A stretch of 64,000 bases of DNA from contig CAKVHA010000001.1 in the NCBI GenBank assembly GCA_934747775.1, positions 131,673 through 195,672 of the forward strand, written 5' to 3'. Below the pieces are notes generated by a model. That model was not told the origin of the DNA. It ran no database searches and saw only the letters and a program-made list of their open reading frames with translations. The translations under genes and the position numbers were made by a program. This DNA comes from an uncultured Clostridia bacterium (GTDB lineage Bacteria; Bacillota; Clostridia; Christensenellales; UBA1242). Below, one piece after another: positions 45,301-55,820 of the stretch; the first letter of the stretch is position 1; every line of letters begins with the position of its first letter.

Positions 45301-48300
45301 ATCTAAATCGGTGGATTTAGCATTTGATGCTGGTTATTATCTAAAATCAGGTTACAAAAATGCCGCTGGTGAATTACAAAAAGAACGAACATCTTCTTCA
45401 GATGTATTTGGATATTATGTTCCACGAATGGATTTCACATATTCTGGACTAGTACTTGATGCTAATGGATATAGATATGCAGACGATCCAAATGCTAAAT
45501 ATGGCTCAGGCACTGGTGTTTTTGCTGGTCAAAGAGTAAGAATAGATAAAACTGGTGCTGGGATTTCATTTGATGAATATGGCAACCGTAGTTATACATA
45601 TGGTAATGCTACTGCTACAAAAACAGATTATGGTTATAAATTAGAAGACGATAATAAATTTGTAGGCGTATATACTTTAAAATTTAGCTATAGTGGTTCA
45701 GCAAACAATGAACTAGTATTTGACTTGACAAAAATTGGTTCTGGAATTGAGCAGATTACAATTGGAGAGGGTGATAATACTGTATCCGTATATAGAGGAT
45801 TCTTTACAACTGATGGCGCAGGTGCTGATGGGGTTACGAAATGGACTTTAGTAGATACAAATACAACCAATGCAAAAGTTTTTGGTATTGCCCTAGAAAA
45901 TTATGACAAAGTTAGACTATATATAAGCAATGATGAAAACAATTTAGCAGCTAGCAATAGTGTTGCCGCACCTATATCTACATTTACAGATATTTATTCA
46001 ACTGAAGGTGAAGGCAATAGCGCAAGATCGTTAAAAGTAAATGTTAAGTATGCAATAAAAACACCATCTGGCGAATATCAGAAGGTAATAGATAATAATG
46101 GTAATCCAGGTGGGTTGACATACTTAGAACATGATATCTCAACATTATATGGTTATAAGGGTAAATTATACAGTATAATTCCTGGTACAACTTCTGAAGG
46201 AAGTGTGAAAGCTGATGATGTTTATTTGACTGTTGTTAGTACTGGAAAAACATATAGACCTTGGCTTGAACATGTTAATAATATTAATGCAAACGTGGCA
46301 GGAGCAGATAGTAACAGATTTAAATCCTTAGCGTTAAATGCAACAAATGTTACTACTGCAACTACAGGTGTTACTTCTAATAACCCTAAATATTGGGAAG
46401 GCAGTAAAGTATGGTTTGTAACAAATGGTAGCGAAACCCAACAGGTTGTTCAATATACTAATGGTAAACCAGTTAATCCAAAAACTGGTACAGTTATTGA
46501 TATTGATAATGACAAGTTTAGAAGTTCATACATTATGGAATTAGATAATAATTGGACTTTGTTCTCTATTGACGCAATAGATGTTACAATTGTTTACGAT
46601 ACAACAAACAACGACATTCAAATTAACTACACATTCGATTATGTTGCCAGTGATATTAAATTTGGTTTTGTTGGTGTATCAACATATGACTACGCTATTC
46701 AATTTGTATCTAAAATAAATGAAACTGATGTTGTTGGTGTAGTTGGATATGTTAACCAAGGTACTGGATTCCAAGATTCGTCAAAAATTGGCTCATTAAG
46801 TAATTTGGGTTCAAAAACAGCTTTGATTAGCGAAATTGGTAAAAACAACATAAAAACATATCTTACTGGCGATGTTATAAGTTCAACTAGTGAGATTGAT
46901 GCTAACGTAACAATATTTGTTCCTATTATTGCTAATAACGGCGGAACATCAACTCCTTATTACCATGTTCCAAAATGGACTAATATTGATAAGACTTACA
47001 CAACAAAAATTGAAAATACAATTTATAAAGTTTATAAGTTAACACAAAGCAGTACAGAAAAAGATAATTACATTTACATTTTGGTACTAGAAGGTACTGA
47101 TCCTGGCGTAAGCAATTTCTTAGGTGGTGCTAATGAGATTGTGGGATACAAGTTTAATAATAGTGATTACTATAATATATATACAGATAACACTAAAACA
47201 ACAAAAATAAAAATGGGAACTGGTGAAAATGCTGGTAAAATCGTTTATACAGATTCAGAAGGCATGTCAACAGTTAGTGATAAAACATATTTAACTGCTG
47301 ATGAAATTAAAAATTTATACTTTGAATTTAAAGCAAGCAATGCAACAATTAAATTTTATGCTGTATATGAAACTTGTACTGTAAACGTTTCAGTTTCTGG
47401 CTGGCAAAAAGAAGATGATACTACAGATCCTGCAGTTCCAGAATTCTACGACTTGATTGCTGCTACAAGCAATGACGAAAAGAGTAAGTTTGATTTCTCT
47501 CCTGCTGGATATAGCATAAAAAATGTTAAATTTGCTACTGAATCAAACATTGATTTTGGAACATTAGGTCTTAACACTATTGCTCTTAATAATGGCAACA
47601 CAAAACCTTATGTTACAGGTTTAATTGGTTATTTTAGAAAAACGGCTTACGATGCTAATGACAACATTATTCAAGTGGAAGGCAGTGGATACAAAGTTAG
47701 TTCGGGGCTTGAAATGCAATACATTAATGGTCAAGCAATGTATTACAAGCAAACACCTGAAGGTATTAAAAAATATTATGCTGTTAAGGTTAATAGTGAA
47801 GGCTATGTAGAAAACATTTATACTTACAAATTGGTTGAGGCCGACACGAAGTTTATGCGCACAAATGTTGAGCTATACACTTTGTTTGGAATTAACCATT
47901 ATGAAGTGGTGGCAACGGTTGTTGGCGATACACAATCGGCCGCTATTGAGCAAGCATCGGTTCCACAAGACCTAATGATTGGTACGCTTACTGGAACAAA
48001 TGTGGAAATTATCTATAAAATGAATAGGTCTTATACACAATCTGTTCCGCTAATTTCAGTAAAAGACGGCGCAAATAGTTATCTACAAATTGGCAACCTA
48101 AACGAAACTAAAAACGGCTACACAGCAGTTAGCGTTGACGAAAACGGCAAGGTTGATTTTGGTGTTGACGGCGATTACGTTGTTGAGTACATCGAAAGTG
48201 CTAATGTATATAAGGTTATTATTGATGCTCAAAAATTTACTAGCAACCTAACCGCATCTCTTGGTTCGGTTAACAACGGAAAAATTGAAGGCAACGGTCA

Positions 48301-51300
48301 AGAATTTGTAATCAACAAATACAATGTAAGCTTTACAGTTCCTGCCGAAAGCGACACAAATATGGACAACGTAGGCGACTTTGAGTATGGTGAAGCAAGC
48401 GGTATGGACAGTGTAGTTCACAACGGACAAGCAATACTAACATTTAAGTTGGGCAAAGCTTATGATTACAAAAAGCTACAATTTGCTATTTGGGCAAGCA
48501 AAGACACAACCGTAAATGGCAGTCAATTAGAACCAGAAAATGTAGTAAATATAGTATCTCTAGATTCGTTACAAGGTGGCAGCGGAAGTACAAAAATATC
48601 TGTTAACGGTGAAGAAATTACTGTCACAATTAACTATGATGCAACCGTAGGCCAATACACATTTACGATTACATCGGTTACTCACGCTGTTAGTGTTCAT
48701 TTGGAAAAAATAGACAGCAGTAGCAATGCTCTTAAAACATTCACATACACTGTTGATTATGACCATAATATTAAAGGTTCTGATTCCAACAACTTGGCTT
48801 ATACTGTTTACAAGAGTGTAGTAGAAACAAATGGCACAGGAGAAGTAAACACTAAAAAATATACCTTAAACTACAATACTAGCCTAAGATATACAATTGA
48901 TGTTGCAGAAGGTTATAGTCAATCTACTCCTATGTTTGTACTATCTGGAAAGGGTGTTGTAAGATATTTTGTTCCAGTTTGGTTGTTTGGAGAGCAAAAC
49001 ACTACCATTACATTATTAGGCGATAATTGCGATATTAGTTACAATAACACTAGTGGCGAGTATACTTACAGACACAGCGGTATGACTTATACTGTTAGTT
49101 GTGTAAAAGGTGCCGCTGCTACAGGAACTAAACCAGCTGAACCTGATAAGTGGACTTACACTGTTACAAGCGGAACAAATGTTGAAACATACATTGTTAA
49201 AATTGGTCAAAACAGACAATATAGTCTTACAATGAACGCAGAAAAAGATTGGGAATATCTATATGCCGCTGTGTACAGACTTGTGGACACTGACAAAACG
49301 ACCATAACAACTGGTAAAGAGAAAAATCCCAACTTTTACCAACAATCATTTAAAGAAAACTCTTTTGATGATACAAAAATTACTGCAACCATAGAAAAAG
49401 GCAATGTTGCATATGGTTCGGCAAACACAATTACGTACACTGTAAAAGGTGGCTATTCACACAACTTGCCAGTTATCACAATAAATGGCGTACCATACTA
49501 TATCCCTAATATGGGCGATAGAAATGTGTTTGGCGAAACAAATGAAAGTTATGGGTTGGTTAAAGAAAGTTCTAATAAGTGGACTTATGAATACAAAGTA
49601 GGCGAAGAAGTAAAAGCCACATACTATGTTACGGCAAGTACTTCTGATGGACAATATGTATTTAATTACTACACAACAATAAATGAAATTAATGTTAAGA
49701 TATTAACATTAACTATTGATGTAAAAAATAAAGAAAACACTGTTGTTAGCACAGATACAAAATATGTAACTGCAGCCGACGGCACAACGGTAGTTGTTAC
49801 ATCAAAAGATAGATTCCAAGGCGATATTACATATACTTATAGCGTTCTACAATTCTATACAGATAATATTGAGTTGTCTGAAGCGGAAAACAAAAACACA
49901 TTTGCTGAAAACAAATATTTAGTTGTTTTGTCAAAACGTGTTTTGGAAGGCATTACTGGCAATAGCTTTAAATACAAAGGTCAAGGCGATATGAAAGACG
50001 CCAGCGATAACACATTTGTAATTATTGTTGGGAAAGATGCAACTAACGGATACAAATTTATGGATCCATTAGCAACAAACACCGAAATCACAAAACAAGA
50101 AGGTTACTACTATAATAGCTATGTTTGGACAGATGCTAATAGCACTCAAGGTACTGTGATTAAGGATCTTACCCTTATTAGAAAATTAGGCGAAGCATTA
50201 ACTCATTTGCCAGATGAAAATAGCACTTGGGAAAGCGAAGGTGTAACATATAAATATTATGAAAACAAAGGTGTAATTGATAAAACTATACTTGCTGTTG
50301 AACAAAATGGTGTTACTACGAATAAGTACAAATTTACTAAACAATGGGGTTCTTCTGTTAGTGATAATAATGGTGTATCGTTTAACAGTAGCGGATTAAC
50401 TAGCAGTGAAATAACAGGACACATTCAGTTGTTTGCAACATTCTGTGAAAATGCTTACAGAGTAAAAGTGGGCAACTTGCCTACAGCTACAGGCACTTAT
50501 GCAAAATTTGGTGCGTTGTTCACTACTATAAAGGGTGGTACTTCTGAAGAGGCTAGTTCGGCAACTTCAGAACTAATGAGCTTCACAAAAACCAAAAACT
50601 TGACCTTATCTTACAGAGTTTATGCTGCTTACGATCAAACCGAACCTGTATTTAACCTTGTAGGTTTGTATGGAGACATAGTATTGTTAATGCCAAAAAC
50701 AATTGGCTATGAAGATGCTGCGGTTACATATCAATATCAAAAGCAAGATGGTGTTGCATATACCGTTACCGTAATTAGAGATGCTAGCAACAGTAACAAA
50801 TACACATATTCTGTTACTGCAAACGGCAAGGAAGTTTCATTTACACTTACAATTACTAAGAGCAATATAAACAGAGTAGGCGCAAGTCAAATATCTATAA
50901 ATTACCAGATTGTATTTAATAATGAGTTTATGGGATTAAACAACGCCGACGAAGTTGTTGTTAACATCTACCCAGCTACACATTACGAAGAAAACGATGC
51001 AGTGGTGAAAAACATTAATGAAGTTTCTAATACTAATAGCGCATACAATGTTTCAAATATTGAAAACAATTTAACACTAAATAGATACGCCATTAATTAC
51101 TACGATATGTTGTTGGAAAACAAAGCAGTAATTAGTAAAACAGCATTTGGCAATGACGCTTTATTTGACGGCATTCTTGCGTTGTATAACAATATTAACA
51201 ATACAGAAGAAGCTACAGTTGGTTCTATAGAACTAACTAAAGTTACTGTTTCTAATAAAAAATATATTATCTGCCAAAATGGTGGCACAACAACATATTA

Positions 51301-54300
51301 CACCAATGTTACAGCTGTAGGATTAAACGAATTAATCCCTGGCAAAAATATTGATTCTACTTATGAAAACACAAACTTTGACACAACAACATTCTACATT
51401 ACTGGCAAAACTGGTACTAAGAAAATAGTTCACGGTGAAAACTATGTAGACCAAGTTAAAGCTACTTCAATTAATGCTGTTCGTGGTTACGACAGTATGA
51501 ATGGCACAAACTATTGTTGGTCAGACGGTAAAAACGAAATCACTACAGGTAGTGCAAACTTATATGACAATATGGTTGTTTACCCAGTTTATAAAGAAAA
51601 AGGTGTAACAATAAACTTTGGCAGTACAGTATATCTAGTAGGCGACAATACATTAGACTTTAATCAAAGTCCTAATCAATTTGCAAAAGTAAGTGGTCCT
51701 AGCACTAGCACATCTGTTAAATTTACACAAGAAAGAACATTTACTGTTACTGTTAATGAAATATATAGTAAAACAGAAATTGATTTCAGTATTGCTGGTG
51801 ACTCTAATGCAATTGTTAAAGTATCTTATGTAGATAATTCTACAGCTAATGGTATGCAAAAGGTTTATACTGTTAAAGTATCCTATGTTTACTCTACAGA
51901 AAGCCTACTTCTTAAGATTTCTGCTAAAAACGCAAAGATTACAACTAACAACTACCAAGTTATTTTGATTACCCCTACTAAGTTTGAGTATGCAACTCAA
52001 GCTGGTGTAAAAGAAGCTGGCGCATCAATTGCGGCGGAGATTTTAGGAGAAACTAATTCAGTTACAATTGTACACGGCAGTAAAGTAAGCACAACCGATG
52101 CTGCTAATTCTGCATTGTTAAGTAAGTCTAATGGAATTAGCCTTGAAGGTTGGACATTCGCAGGCTGGTATGTTCCTAGAAACTGGTCGCAATATGCTGA
52201 CATTGTAAATAAATATCTAAATGAAAACAAAGACAGTATTTTAGATTCTACTTTATTTAACAATATTAAAGATGGCTTTGGTACAATTACGACCAACACA
52301 TCTACTACTGGTTACAGTAGATTTGCTACATTAGGTACAAACGCATTAGTTTATACTGGTGAAACAGCAATTACACACGATACTATTTTAATTGCGGGCT
52401 TTACTCGTAATCAAATACAAGTTAAAATTTACAATACTGTACAAGAAAACGACTACTTTGGCTTTATTGATAAAGCAAGCAATATTGTGAATAAAGACGC
52501 ATTAACTCAAGGTAGCGATTACCTTGTAAAAACCATTCCTTACGGAACATTTATAGCAAGTCCTTATGATGAAATGACTAACGCTCGTATTGTTCCTGCA
52601 ACTGAAGCATTTACTAGAAACACAACAGAAAATGAGTGTTTCTATTTAGATAATAAAGGTGAATCAACTACATTTACTCCTACATCTAAAATAATTAAAG
52701 AAGATATCGAAATTTATGTTGGTTATACAAGAAAAGCATTTACTATAAATTTTGAGTATAAAGATAGCAGCGGTAGCACACAAAGAATTACTATAGAAAA
52801 TGTTAAGTACGGCACAAAAATATCCAATATTGACAATGAAGAATTAAAGACAATTATTGATCCAAAAACAAAGAAACTAATTAATAAGTCGGCACCAGAA
52901 ACTGGTAAACACTTTGTTAGATGGATTTATCAAACAACAATAGTTGATGAAAATTATGTTGTAACAAGAACTGCAACTTTTAGCGAAGTGTTTGATTACA
53001 ATCAATTTAAGATCAGCTTTGACACAACTAATATTGACAGCATTGTTTACAATGTTGGTGATACCGTAGGTTCTGCTAATATTAACGAAGTTCAATGGGT
53101 TGACAACAAACTTGTATTGGGTTACAACAAAGCATTAGTGCTTGCATTAAATCCTTCTACAGGTTATGGCAAAGGTGGCAATTATACTGCCAAACTTACC
53201 TTTAACGGCAACAAGGTTGATTTGGATGATACTAAGCTTATAATTGGAAACGACGGAACAATAACTATTATGCAAGGTGTGCTTGGCAATTCTGAGTATG
53301 TAGACGGCGCTGAATTTACACTAGTAATTGAAGCTAATATTAACAACTATTCTGTTACGATTGCTGGCGACAACTCAATAGTATGTGAAGGCAAAACCTA
53401 TAATAAGGACGGTAATGCTTGGTTCTATCAAGATGATAATACTAATCCTGTAATTAAAATCACAGCAGCAAATGCGGACTACAATACTGATTTCATTATG
53501 ACAGTTAGTGTTTTCAGATCTTATAATCAAAAGAGCGTGTTTGTGTTTAAGGTTTACAATGGTAATAACAGCGAAGATTATAGAATAGTTACTGTTGATA
53601 ATAGTAACCTTATGACACTATCGGAAGACCATAATCGTTTTATAGGAACAATTAACCTAGGTGTAGCAACTGATGATCTTACTGTTGAATTGGTTTCTAA
53701 AATAGACGACAAAGAAACTAAGATTATTAATAACGACTACTATATTAAATTTGTTGTTAAAATTGGTAATGACAAAAATGGCTGGAAAGAAGAGTTGTTA
53801 ACTGGCACCGGTTATGTGGGTATTATGGCTAGCGAAGGCAATAATCATAAAATTGAAAAAGCTATAATTCCTAGCGCTGCAGACCTTAGCGTAGAACGCA
53901 CAACTGATCCAAGCTGGTGCGAAATGATTAGCAATGGCTGGCTGATGAAGAAAGGCGGCGGCGTATTTACAGCCGAAGAGTGGAATGCTATTGACTGGAC
54001 TAATATGAACACAATCTTAGAAAGTGCTTATATTGGCGATGCTACTACATCTATAGAGTTTACAAAAGATACTACATTGTACATTGTATATATGATTAAA
54101 ACCATCGATGTAGAAGTTACTCCTGTTTCTGATGATGTTAAAACAAAAGGCAGCTTTAGTGCTCCTGAAACAGCTAACAAGCGTGACCCAGAAGCAAAAA
54201 CAACCGTTGGTTTTGGCGAATATACATTTACATACACTGTAGGTGTTAAATACAGCAAAAATATTCCTGTAATTGATATTGGTGGCAAAAAATTAGTAAT

Positions 54301-55027
54301 TCTTCCTTATATTATTTATAGCGGAATGAACATTGGTGCTCAATATCAAAAAGAAGCATTGTACAACGATGCAACAGCTAAGTTTATTGTTGAAAAAACT
54401 GAAAGTGGTTATAAATACTGGCAAGTAGGTGCCGAATCTAACCAAACTACAGTTAACTACAACGGTGGAAAATATGTATTTAGCGGTATGGATATTAGCG
54501 TTGTTCCAAACGATAATCAATACACAATTACATTAAGTAATCCACAAGGTGCAGAAGACAACAAAATGACACTTAGCTCAAATGCTGCTACTTATGAAGT
54601 AAACGAATACAAAGTTACTTATAAGTTGCCAGACGGAACACAAAAAGTTGAAACAGTTAAGTACGAAGGTAGCCTAGTATCAGTTCCTGAAATTAAGGCA
54701 GACTTCTTCCACAAAATTACTTACACTATCACTTATGCCGACGGCAAAACCGAAAAAGTTAGCCTAAAAACATTAAGAGAAATTCAATTTACTTCCGACG
54801 CTACTGTTACTATTAAAAACGAAGCTAATGTGGTTGTGATTATTCTTGTTGCGGCTGCTGGCGTGGCTGTGCTTGCAATAGTTATTATATCTATTGTTAA
54901 AGCTGCAGGAAACGCAAAATACCGCAGCAAAGCAAGTAAAGAAAACAGCGAAATGTTTAAGAAACTTGCCGAACAACAACAAAAGCAAAACAAAGATAAC
55001 AACGGCGAAAACGGACCAAAAATTTAA
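42302..55027 (+). CDS. Giant surface protein (4241 aa): signal peptide, DUF6273-like N-terminal domain, many divergent beta-rich modules, degenerate Listeria-Bacteroides-type repeats, C-terminal TM anchor
   Basis: Uninterrupted 12.7-kb ORF with an AAGGA RBS. Signal peptide: LFSYILIALSAVFCIGSLNL. FIEFGEYPQRKV and LTWKVV match the FG.YPQ / W.VL hallmarks of DUF6273. The C-terminus has VVIILVAAAGVAVLAIVIISIV followed by a charged tail. Confidence 0.9.
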   Translation: MKKGKKLFSYILIALSAVFCIGSLNLSPKSRVSADGDVIYKTYETSALREGDFIEFGEYPQRKVAELSNEDINTLNQSANFDTEDRSGYYVAKTTQKLGSNIAGTDSNGNNIIAGHKYHLFTVNGSYGEKYPAEAIIDKPSSGGYTYRKMEDAAGVNGTLDPRKYVIDHFNSDDHYAQAYQSSNNGYITSKTYLFEVQPLTWKVVKANSDVYTLVCTSVIDAMDFNLYDSNGSMWAYSYVRNYLNNDSRGKYPILVRINNDSDGNLQKYRGNSKLDERTYLNWLDYGDSSVQIGSGAKPVWIGEDGWWIFTTNYYTANSTENSRNSKLIDASTLQGDRKGFIDKAFSKQEKDLLQTSSTESRGTSPSKNYEIDKITVNDKVKLVGVNNLKSSNFILNNGKYYSDYAAANGFVYNFNNSTSLTTYNNGRKTGNSSDHKYGYIWTLGSDGSSDAGKQFSTDWYEDYFCTVHNVRDVAQINLSNASITNINAYNNLDKEGTKESYLKKNAYSVNSMDQSYGIVPQIEIKLTKDNQYLIDKVNTATPNEEYSNDGSMAANRNFAVGVYDKDTNLNVSVSYNKVTQAVNTTANGSTYTYTITGYVSGSNIDMKEYFYRFSLATETPTAANVVYSYATIGEETSNGYPFTVKLTWDKEPNRNTELSCFMVSKDMKTMYKVENVKSGSLSNLYREVIFKEIELSDTLDENNKPIVLEKVIRTIPLYYGMSFDLPELGGVSGSVANYWFADKDKAVAYIENAAPNPEGAKSGTIDSGNGLYPNDATVTFYCAAGELKYSVKVDSASSSSGKTFNGHYYLMNLNNKQAIYPQQNSMEILNKDLSTSYSTYSFKVVIKYPYVKGYASTFLTETNGVLGFKLDENEKPLLYNNLKIYVGETVSDEGLLGTTKTTDGSKAYYEISGFGYTKFNDTSTNKELYFNVLINDISGAYGAKNFLVSFTETKDSEDSYSIEFDTAAYNDTNNDHIYFKNGESEKDYSKKIDGIGYGTSKSVDLAFDAGYYLKSGYKNAAGELQKERTSSSDVFGYYVPRMDFTYSGLVLDANGYRYADDPNAKYGSGTGVFAGQRVRIDKTGAGISFDEYGNRSYTYGNATATKTDYGYKLEDDNKFVGVYTLKFSYSGSANNELVFDLTKIGSGIEQITIGEGDNTVSVYRGFFTTDGAGADGVTKWTLVDTNTTNAKVFGIALENYDKVRLYISNDENNLAASNSVAAPISTFTDIYSTEGEGNSARSLKVNVKYAIKTPSGEYQKVIDNNGNPGGLTYLEHDISTLYGYKGKLYSIIPGTTSEGSVKADDVYLTVVSTGKTYRPWLEHVNNINANVAGADSNRFKSLALNATNVTTATTGVTSNNPKYWEGSKVWFVTNGSETQQVVQYTNGKPVNPKTGTVIDIDNDKFRSSYIMELDNNWTLFSIDAIDVTIVYDTTNNDIQINYTFDYVASDIKFGFVGVSTYDYAIQFVSKINETDVVGVVGYVNQGTGFQDSSKIGSLSNLGSKTALISEIGKNNIKTYLTGDVISSTSEIDANVTIFVPIIANNGGTSTPYYHVPKWTNIDKTYTTKIENTIYKVYKLTQSSTEKDNYIYILVLEGTDPGVSNFLGGANEIVGYKFNNSDYYNIYTDNTKTTKIKMGTGENAGKIVYTDSEGMSTVSDKTYLTADEIKNLYFEFKASNATIKFYAVYETCTVNVSVSGWQKEDDTTDPAVPEFYDLIAATSNDEKSKFDFSPAGYSIKNVKFATESNIDFGTLGLNTIALNNGNTKPYVTGLIGYFRKTAYDANDNIIQVEGSGYKVSSGLEMQYINGQAMYYKQTPEGIKKYYAVKVNSEGYVENIYTYKLVEADTKFMRTNVELYTLFGINHYEVVATVVGDTQSAAIEQASVPQDLMIGTLTGTNVEIIYKMNRSYTQSVPLISVKDGANSYLQIGNLNETKNGYTAVSVDENGKVDFGVDGDYVVEYIESANVYKVIIDAQKFTSNLTASLGSVNNGKIEGNGQEFVINKYNVSFTVPAESDTNMDNVGDFEYGEASGMDSVVHNGQAILTFKLGKAYDYKKLQFAIWASKDTTVNGSQLEPENVVNIVSLDSLQGGSGSTKISVNGEEITVTINYDATVGQYTFTITSVTHAVSVHLEKIDSSSNALKTFTYTVDYDHNIKGSDSNNLAYTVYKSVVETNGTGEVNTKKYTLNYNTSLRYTIDVAEGYSQSTPMFVLSGKGVVRYFVPVWLFGEQNTTITLLGDNCDISYNNTSGEYTYRHSGMTYTVSCVKGAAATGTKPAEPDKWTYTVTSGTNVETYIVKIGQNRQYSLTMNAEKDWEYLYAAVYRLVDTDKTTITTGKEKNPNFYQQSFKENSFDDTKITATIEKGNVAYGSANTITYTVKGGYSHNLPVITINGVPYYIPNMGDRNVFGETNESYGLVKESSNKWTYEYKVGEEVKATYYVTASTSDGQYVFNYYTTINEINVKILTLTIDVKNKENTVVSTDTKYVTAADGTTVVVTSKDRFQGDITYTYSVLQFYTDNIELSEAENKNTFAENKYLVVLSKRVLEGITGNSFKYKGQGDMKDASDNTFVIIVGKDATNGYKFMDPLATNTEITKQEGYYYNSYVWTDANSTQGTVIKDLTLIRKLGEALTHLPDENSTWESEGVTYKYYENKGVIDKTILAVEQNGVTTNKYKFTKQWGSSVSDNNGVSFNSSGLTSSEITGHIQLFATFCENAYRVKVGNLPTATGTYAKFGALFTTIKGGTSEEASSATSELMSFTKTKNLTLSYRVYAAYDQTEPVFNLVGLYGDIVLLMPKTIGYEDAAVTYQYQKQDGVAYTVTVIRDASNSNKYTYSVTANGKEVSFTLTITKSNINRVGASQISINYQIVFNNEFMGLNNADEVVVNIYPATHYEENDAVVKNINEVSNTNSAYNVSNIENNLTLNRYAINYYDMLLENKAVISKTAFGNDALFDGILALYNNINNTEEATVGSIELTKVTVSNKKYIICQNGGTTTYYTNVTAVGLNELIPGKNIDSTYENTNFDTTTFYITGKTGTKKIVHGENYVDQVKATSINAVRGYDSMNGTNYCWSDGKNEITTGSANLYDNMVVYPVYKEKGVTINFGSTVYLVGDNTLDFNQSPNQFAKVSGPSTSTSVKFTQERTFTVTVNEIYSKTEIDFSIAGDSNAIVKVSYVDNSTANGMQKVYTVKVSYVYSTESLLLKISAKNAKITTNNYQVILITPTKFEYATQAGVKEAGASIAAEILGETNSVTIVHGSKVSTTDAANSALLSKSNGISLEGWTFAGWYVPRNWSQYADIVNKYLNENKDSILDSTLFNNIKDGFGTITTNTSTTGYSRFATLGTNALVYTGETAITHDTILIAGFTRNQIQVKIYNTVQENDYFGFIDKASNIVNKDALTQGSDYLVKTIPYGTFIASPYDEMTNARIVPATEAFTRNTTENECFYLDNKGESTTFTPTSKIIKEDIEIYVGYTRKAFTINFEYKDSSGSTQRITIENVKYGTKISNIDNEELKTIIDPKTKKLINKSAPETGKHFVRWIYQTTIVDENYVVTRTATFSEVFDYNQFKISFDTTNIDSIVYNVGDTVGSANINEVQWVDNKLVLGYNKALVLALNPSTGYGKGGNYTAKLTFNGNKVDLDDTKLIIGNDGTITIMQGVLGNSEYVDGAEFTLVIEANINNYSVTIAGDNSIVCEGKTYNKDGNAWFYQDDNTNPVIKITAANADYNTDFIMTVSVFRSYNQKSVFVFKVYNGNNSEDYRIVTVDNSNLMTLSEDHNRFIGTINLGVATDDLTVELVSKIDDKETKIINNDYYIKFVVKIGNDKNGWKEELLTGTGYVGIMASEGNNHKIEKAIIPSAADLSVERTTDPSWCEMISNGWLMKKGGGVFTAEEWNAIDWTNMNTILESAYIGDATTSIEFTKDTTLYIVYMIKTIDVEVTPVSDDVKTKGSFSAPETANKRDPEAKTTVGFGEYTFTYTVGVKYSKNIPVIDIGGKKLVILPYIIYSGMNIGAQYQKEALYNDATAKFIVEKTESGYKYWQVGAESNQTTVNYNGGKYVFSGMDISVVPNDNQYTITLSNPQGAEDNKMTLSSNAATYEVNEYKVTYKLPDGTQKVETVKYEGSLVSVPEIKADFFHKITYTITYADGKTEKVSLKTLREIQFTSDATVTIKNEANVVVIILVAAAGVAVLAIVIISIVKAAGNAKYRSKASKENSEMFKKLAEQQQKQNKDNNGENGPKI

Positions 55028-55072
55028 TAATTACTTTAATTAATGGCTAAGGTTTAAGCGGTTAGTTAATAA

Positions 55073-55107
55073 AAAACACCAACTTTAAATAGTTGGTGTT
55101 TTTTTGT
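55073..55107 (+). terminator. Terminator after the 4241-aa gene
   Basis: aaaaaacaccaact-ttaaat-agttggtgttttttt. Confidence 0.8.
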
Positions 55108-55283
55108 GATGTTTTAAATTAAAATTTATGTTATTAAGTTGTTTTTTAAAATTGCATTATTGTGATTATGCTTTTTATGTTGGTCGCATTAATTTGATTT
55201 TATGCAGCGCTTTTTATCTGCTTTTTAACCGAGTTTATTGCAGCATTTTTTAATTACGTAACACCTTAAATTTATGTAATTAG

Positions 55284-55523
55284 TTAGCCTGCAATCAATA
55301 ATGGATTGTTAACAATATCGTCAAAAAACTCTGAAACGGAAATGCCAAGCACGCGACAAAGCTTTATAATTGTAGGCAAAGTTACCTTTTTAGAGGTGAT
55401 ATTAATAATGTCTTTAATGGTTTTTGTACTTACTTTGCTAAGTTTGCTAAGAGCGCTAACATCTAAGCCTTGCTCTGTCATTAGTTGTTGTACTTTAATT
55501 GAAATAGCTGTTCTTATGTTCAT
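55284..55523 (-). CDS. XRE-family HTH transcriptional regulator (79 aa)
   Basis: AAGGAGGG RBS. The sequence (LMTEQGLDVSALSKLSKVSTKTIKDII...LPTIIKLCRVLGISVSEFF) is a Cro/C1 HTH. Confidence 0.8.
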   Translation of the reverse strand: MNIRTAISIKVQQLMTEQGLDVSALSKLSKVSTKTIKDIINITSKKVTLPTIIKLCRVLGISVSEFFDDIVNNPLLIAG

Positions 55524-55669
55524 TTGTAATCCCTCCTTTTTAATACTTATATAATATCACAGGATTTTAAATTTTCAAGCGACCTAATGCCAACTAAAAT
55601 TGCCGTTTTTGCACTAGTTTTGTCGAATTTTATACTAAAAAATAATATTTTGTAACCAAGTTTTAAAAA

Positions 55670-55701
55670 ATAAAAAAATTCGTGGGTTTTCCCCGCGAAT
55701 T
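55670..55701 (-). terminator. Terminator of the metG-like gene
   Basis: aattcgtggg-ttttc-cccgcgaatt, with a T-run on the minus strand. Confidence 0.7.
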
Positions 55702-55820
55702 TTGTGTTTTTATCTAATTAAAATTAGATAATTGTAGTATTAAATTTATTTTTAGATTACATATTTCAAAATTATTATATTCCTTCCGACAATTTACTAC
55801 ATTAACGGAAAATTTAAAAA

